Source: Myxococcota bacterium
GTDB taxonomy: Bacteria; Myxococcota_A; Polyangia; Nannocystales; Nannocystaceae
Length of the DNA stretch: 64,000 nt
Reading direction: 5' to 3'
Assembly: GCA_039028615.1 (NCBI GenBank)
Contig: JBCCHT010000023.1
Location: forward strand, 144,849-208,848
The notes beneath the pieces are model-generated. The model was not told the origin of the DNA, searched no databases, and saw nothing but the letters and a program-made list of their open reading frames with translations. The stretch's first letter is position 1. Every line of letters starts with the position of its first letter. Shown piece after piece: positions 59,764-64,000 of the stretch. Made by a program: the position numbers and the translations under genes.

Positions 59764-60713
59764 ATCCCGACGAGGGCGAGCAGGAGGATCGGCACTTCGA
59801 TCCACGCGTGCACGGCCGCGAAGATCCCATAGCCCCGGCGCGCCGCGGCGAAGTCGAACGCGAAGGGCACGAGCGCGAGCATGGTGGCGGCGAGGATCCA
59901 CGGCCACCAGCGCAGGCTCGGCCAGCGCATTCGCCCCTGCGCGGACGCGGGCAGGGAACGCGGCAAGACCAGCAACACCGCGATGTAGTGGGCGCACTGC
60001 AGAAACACGCACGCACAAAACAGGTGCAGGGCGCGGAGCGGATCGAGAGCGGCCACGGGCAAGTAGGCCTTCATCGCCTCCTGGAGCGGGCCGTAGCCCA
60101 AGGGGCTGACCTCGGGCGCCACCCAGCCCGCACTCGCCAGCACCCGCCAGGGTGCCCCGCTGGCGATGACCAGAGGAATCGCCACGAACACCACGAGGCA
60201 GGCCGACAGCGCACGCCGACGTTGGGGGCCCGAGGTCCGCTCGGCGATGAAGCCGACCGGAGTGAAGTTGTGCAGGACCGCGATGGTGAGCAGACCCGCT
60301 GCGGGCTCGAGCACGATCGCGAACGCCAGTAGTCCCGCCACCACCAAGCCAATCCCGCCCGTCCATCGGCTCCGTCGAAACAACGAGGGCAGCACCAGGG
60401 CCACGAGCGACAGCCCGAGCCCCAGCTCGATGACGAGGTTGATCGGGCGCCCGATGACGCCAGCCATGGTCGCGCTGCGCGTGACCACCACGCCGAGCAA
60501 CACCACCACCATGGTCCGGGCGAGCGCGTCCCCGAGCCCCCGGCCGAATCGCAGGTCGACGTAGCGAAGCTCGGCCACCACGTGGGCCAAGCCGAAGGTC
60601 GCCAGCGTCAGGGTATAGGTCGCCAGCGGCCAGACCACGCTGACCAGGGCGGCGACGCTCAGTCCGAGCGCGACCGTGACGGCCCAGGCCCGACCGAAGC
60701 GATGAGGGTTCAT
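59739..60713 (-). CDS. Polytopic membrane protein with four His-containing motifs
   Basis: GLAHVVAE, LHNFTP, QCAHY, AVHAWIE; ATGA overlap with the upstream gene. Confidence 0.75.
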   Translation of the reverse strand: MNPHRFGRAWAVTVALGLSVAALVSVVWPLATYTLTLATFGLAHVVAELRYVDLRFGRGLGDALARTMVVVLLGVVVTRSATMAGVIGRPINLVIELGLGLSLVALVLPSLFRRSRWTGGIGLVVAGLLAFAIVLEPAAGLLTIAVLHNFTPVGFIAERTSGPQRRRALSACLVVFVAIPLVIASGAPWRVLASAGWVAPEVSPLGYGPLQEAMKAYLPVAALDPLRALHLFCACVFLQCAHYIAVLLVLPRSLPASAQGRMRWPSLRWWPWILAATMLALVPFAFDFAAARRGYGIFAAVHAWIEVPILLLALVGIQSNRSRP

Positions 60714-61171
60714 CCCCGGCGCCGACGCACGGCGAGCCCGAGCAGGCCGAAGCCGAGGATCAAGCTCAGCGCCGAGGTGCCCGTGGGATCGAACGCGCAG
60801 CGGTTGCCCTTGGACACGGGCGCCGGCTTCTCGCCATCACCATCGGCCACGACGGCCCCCTGCTTGGCACCGTCGCCCTGCGGCACGGGCTCGGCCGCCT
60901 TTTCGTCCTTGGGCGGCTCGGCTCCAGCGACACAGCGCACGCAGTCGTACTCCTCGAAGCCGGGTGCCCCGTTCTCTTCTCGGTTGCTGTAGTCCAGGCG
61001 CGAGCATGTCGTCTGCTGGCAGTAGCCGTCCTGCCCCTCGAACGAGCACTTCGTCCCGGCCTCGGAGCACGCCTCCTCGGCGGGATCGATGACATCGGCC
61101 CGCGCATCTGCCACCCACGCCCCACCGAGTGCAATCGCGAGCAGGAACGACGAGCCGAGACCGATGCGCAT
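60710..61171 (-). CDS. Small secreted Cys-rich protein with MYXO-CTERM-like anchor
   Basis: Signal ending ARA-DV; six-Cys domain; RCA...TM...RRRRG tail. Confidence 0.75.
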   Translation of the reverse strand: MRIGLGSSFLLAIALGGAWVADARADVIDPAEEACSEAGTKCSFEGQDGYCQQTTCSRLDYSNREENGAPGFEEYDCVRCVAGAEPPKDEKAAEPVPQGDGAKQGAVVADGDGEKPAPVSKGNRCAFDPTGTSALSLILGFGLLGLAVRRRRG

Positions 61172-61208
61172 GCCCACGATGGTAACGCATGCCACAGCCA
61201 AAGGTGGA

Positions 61209-62117
61209 TCAACCGCGACGACGCCAATACCCCGCCAAGACGCTGCCGATGAGCGAATGGAACAGGCTCGAGATCGCTGCGGGGATCGCCACCATGGGGC
61301 TGGCGAAGTTGTTGCGGGCCAGCACCACCCCCAAACCGGAGTTCTGCATGCCCACCTCGATGGAGACGGTGCGCGCGACGGGGATCGCCTGACCCAGCGC
61401 GCGGCACAGGCCGTACCCCGCGGCGAAACCGAGCGCGTGCATCAGGGCGACCGCGCCGACCAGCCGTAGGCCCGAGGCCATGATCTGCGCCCGGCCGGCC
61501 CCGATGATCGACGCGACGATCAGCACGATGGCCACCACCGCCACCACCGGGGCCACGGGCACGATCCGGGCGCTCATCCGTCCGGCGAAGCGCCGCAGCA
61601 CCAGCCCCAACCCGACGGGCAGCAGGACTACCTGCACCGTGCTCATGAACAGACCCAGCGGATCGACCTCGACCCGGCTGCCCACGAGCACCGTGGTCAG
61701 CACGGGCGTGGCCGCGACCGCGAGCATGGTGGACACCGCGGTCATGGACACACTGAGGGCGACGTCGGCCCGAGCGATGAACGCAATGACGTTGGACGCC
61801 GTGCCGCCCGGGCAGCACGCGACCAGCACCAAGCCCACCGCCAGCTCCCGCGGCAGGCCCATCGCCACCCCGATGCCGTAGCCGAGCGCGGGCATGACCG
61901 TGTACTGGAGGGCCACCCCCAGCAGGATCGGCCGCGGTGCCCGGACCACGCGACCGAAGTCCTCCACCGTCAGGGTCAGCCCCATGCCCAGCATGATGAG
62001 GCCGAGCCCGATGGTGATGAACGGGCCGCGAAACCAGGTGAAGGCCGGCGGATGCACCAGCGCGACGATGCTGGCGGCCAAGACCCAGACGGGAAAGAGG
62101 CTGACCAGAAGCTTCAC
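61209..62117 (-). CDS. Bile acid:sodium symporter (BASS) family transporter
   Basis: LGLIMLGMGLTL, QYTVMP, CCPGGTASNV, SIEVGMQNSGL. Confidence 0.92.
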   Translation of the reverse strand: MKLLVSLFPVWVLAASIVALVHPPAFTWFRGPFITIGLGLIMLGMGLTLTVEDFGRVVRAPRPILLGVALQYTVMPALGYGIGVAMGLPRELAVGLVLVACCPGGTASNVIAFIARADVALSVSMTAVSTMLAVAATPVLTTVLVGSRVEVDPLGLFMSTVQVVLLPVGLGLVLRRFAGRMSARIVPVAPVVAVVAIVLIVASIIGAGRAQIMASGLRLVGAVALMHALGFAAGYGLCRALGQAIPVARTVSIEVGMQNSGLGVVLARNNFASPMVAIPAAISSLFHSLIGSVLAGYWRRRG

Positions 62118-62123
62118 GCGAGC

Positions 62124-62165
62124 AAAAAAAACGCCCGCGGGGCTCCCTGGGAAACCCCGCCGGCG
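62124..62165 (-). terminator. Rho-independent terminator of glnII
   Basis: Minus strand: CGCCGGCGGGG...CCCCGCGGGCG followed by T8. Confidence 0.85.
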
Positions 62166-62187
62166 GTGAAGTCAGATTAGCACGCGG

Positions 62188-63216
62188 CTACCAGAGGTCC
62201 AGGGTCGTGCGAAGCATCGCCTCGCACACCGCGTAGGGATCGGCATTCGCGGCCGGACGGCGATCCTCCATGTAGCCCTTGCCCTCCTCGGCCACCATGC
62301 GGGGAACCCGAATGGACGAGGTGCGGTCCGCGACGCCCCAGCGGAACTCGCGGTAGGAGCACGTCTCGTGGAGGCCGGTGAGGCGGCCTTCGTTGCCGTG
62401 GCCGTACATCGCGAGGTGGCGTCCGTGCTGCTCCTTGAACTTCTCGCAGGTCTTCTCGATGACGGCCTGGCCGCCCTCGGAGCGCATCGCCGCGGTGGAG
62501 AAGTTGGTGTGCATGCCCGCGCCGTTCCAGTCGCCGGGGACCGGCTTGGGGTCGAGCGTGGCCGAGACGTCGTAGTCCTCGCCGATGCGGTACAGCAGCC
62601 AGCGCGCCAGCCACAGGTGGTCGGCGGCCATCAGGGCGTTGGCCTCGGGACCCCCGCACTGAAACTCCCACTGGCCGGGCATGACCTCGGCATTGATGCC
62701 CGTGAGGCGAATGCCCGCGTCGAGGCACGCCTTGAGGTGCGCCTCGGCGATGGGTCGGCCGTAGACCTCGTCGGCTCCGACACCACAGTAGTAGGGGCCC
62801 TGCGCGGCGGGGAACCGGCGCTCGGCCGGGAAACCCAGGGGCCGCGAGCCCTTGAACATGGTGTACTCCTGCTCGAACGCGACCCACGAGTCGCAGTCGT
62901 TGCCGCCCTTGTCCATCACGTCGCTCAGGCGCGAGCGGAGGTTGGTCTCGTGGGGGGTGCCGTCGGGGTTGAGGACCTCGCACAGGACGAGATAGCTATC
63001 CCCACCGCGTACGGGGTCGGGGACGACGCAGGCGGGCTTGAGGATTCGGTCGGAATCGGCGCCCGGGGCCTGGTTGGTGCTCGAGCCGTCGAACTGCCAC
63101 ACGGGGAAGTCCTTCGGTTCGATTCCTACATTTTTGTAGATTACGCGGGTCTTCGAACGCAGCAGCGCGGTGGGCTCGGTTCCGTCGATCCAGATGTACT
63201 CTGCAAGTCGTGCCAT
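62188..63216 (-). CDS. glnII: Glutamine synthetase type II
   Basis: 342 aa; AEYIWIDG, WQFDGSST, QGPYYCGVG, GINAEVMPGQWEFQ, WNGAGMHTNFS, RLTGLHET, EDRRPAANADPY; SD GAAGGAG. Confidence 0.93.
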   Translation of the reverse strand: MARLAEYIWIDGTEPTALLRSKTRVIYKNVGIEPKDFPVWQFDGSSTNQAPGADSDRILKPACVVPDPVRGGDSYLVLCEVLNPDGTPHETNLRSRLSDVMDKGGNDCDSWVAFEQEYTMFKGSRPLGFPAERRFPAAQGPYYCGVGADEVYGRPIAEAHLKACLDAGIRLTGINAEVMPGQWEFQCGGPEANALMAADHLWLARWLLYRIGEDYDVSATLDPKPVPGDWNGAGMHTNFSTAAMRSEGGQAVIEKTCEKFKEQHGRHLAMYGHGNEGRLTGLHETCSYREFRWGVADRTSSIRVPRMVAEEGKGYMEDRRPAANADPYAVCEAMLRTTLDLW

Positions 63217-63268
63217 TGTTGTGGCTCCTTCTCGGGCGAGGACATGGGCCTCGCTGGTTCTAGAGCAG

Positions 63269-63284
63269 AGCAATGATTGGGCCC
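63269..63284 (-). promoter_or_regulatory. Putative sigma54 promoter of glnII
   Basis: Minus strand GGGCCCAATCATTGCT = GG-N10-GC with TTGCT, about 52 nt before the ATG. Confidence 0.6.
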
Positions 63285-63372
63285 GAAGGCGGGATGGTTG
63301 GGGGTTTTCGTTTGTGATCAGGAGGTTACGGGGGTCGAGGGGCTATTGAAGGGTGGGGATTTAACGACAAAC

Positions 63373-63418
63373 TTGTAGGAATTGGGATAAAGCTACAAAA
63401 ATGTAGGAACTTTCCTAC
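63373..63418. promoter_or_regulatory. Cluster of TGTAG/CTACA half-sites (putative activator/repressor sites)
   Basis: TTGTAGGAA 63373; palindromes CTACA-AAAA-TGTAG 63393-63406 and GTAGGA-ACTT-TCCTAC 63403-63418; AT-rich island. Confidence 0.6.
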
Positions 63419-63545
63419 GGGATCGGCTGGGGTTGGATCGGGTGATTCCTGGTTGGGATCTTGGGGGTTCCGGTTGGGGAACGGAGTGTGGTCATGCGGA
63501 TTGTGCGCGGTGGGGGAGCGGGATCGCGTGGGGTGTGGGGAGGGC

Positions 63546-63712
63546 GCATCTGGGCTTCGATGAGGGGGCTCGGTGGAAGCTGTGGGGAGCGTGCGTCTCG
63601 GCTTCGATGGGGGGCTCGGCGGAAGCTGTGGGGAGAGGGCGTCTCGGCTTCGGTTGGGGGTGGCTCGGTGGAAGCTGTCGGGAGAGTGCGTCTCGGCTTC
63701 GATGGGGGGTGG
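63546..63712 (+). repeat. G-rich tandem repeat, 46-49 bp unit, about 3.5 copies
   Basis: GCGTCTCGGCTTCGATGGGGGGCTCGGTGGAAGCTGTGGGGAGAG-like units starting at 63546, 63593, 63639 and 63688. Confidence 0.85.
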
Positions 63713-64000
63713 GGGGCCCTGTTGACGGCGGACGCCTACCCCGGGGACGTGCTCGCCGGCGAATTGGAGGCCGGGGGTGCTTGGAGCTACGGGTCGTCGC
63801 CGTCTGCGCGCGACCGGGGGCCCCTTCCGCCTACGCGGGTGCCCCCCGCTACTCGAACTCGGAAGGGTCTCGGGCTTCTCCACGCTCTGCCGCAACCGTC
63901 CTAGCTCTCCGCGAGGCACGCCACATCACAGAAGTCAAGGGCGTAGTCAACGAAAAGAGGCAACCGACCGAGGTAGCGCGAGGGCTTCGCCCTAACATTA

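Noticed and set aside
63546..63712. CRISPR array
   Set aside because: Units repeat end to end without unique spacers, and there are no cas genes in the window.
63326..63919. Pro-rich and Gly-rich ORFs upstream of glnII
   Set aside because: They are translations of the G-rich repeat tract and overlap the regulatory region.

Overview
High-GC bacterial DNA, most likely a myxobacterium (inferred from four Ser/Thr kinase-TPR paralogues, five ECF sigma factors, many Cys-rich/acidic-linker lipoproteins, MYXO-CTERM-like tails and a myxobacterial Cys-rich repeat). About 50 plausible genes, mostly accessory secreted or signalling proteins, plus an archaeal-type aspartyl-tRNA synthetase, an ActP-like symporter pair, a DODA dioxygenase/LysR pair, a bile-acid:Na+ symporter and glutamine synthetase II. 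I saw no rRNA, tRNA, CRISPR array or transposase. Four observations stand out. (1) A translationally coupled SIR2 + degenerate Ham1/ITPase gene pair (53769-55209) resembles the Kongming KomC/KomB effector but has no adjacent deaminase. (2) A 14-codon Asp-rich leader peptide, absent from the ORF track, sits upstream of aspS with alternative SD-sequestering helices (580-702). (3) An exact 17-bp AT-rich inverted pair brackets a sigma54-like promoter of glnII, one copy inside the coding sequence. (4) An exported TPR-CHAT protease is linked to an ECF sigma/anti-sigma pair. All calls are by eye from motifs; no database searches were run and several start codons are uncertain.
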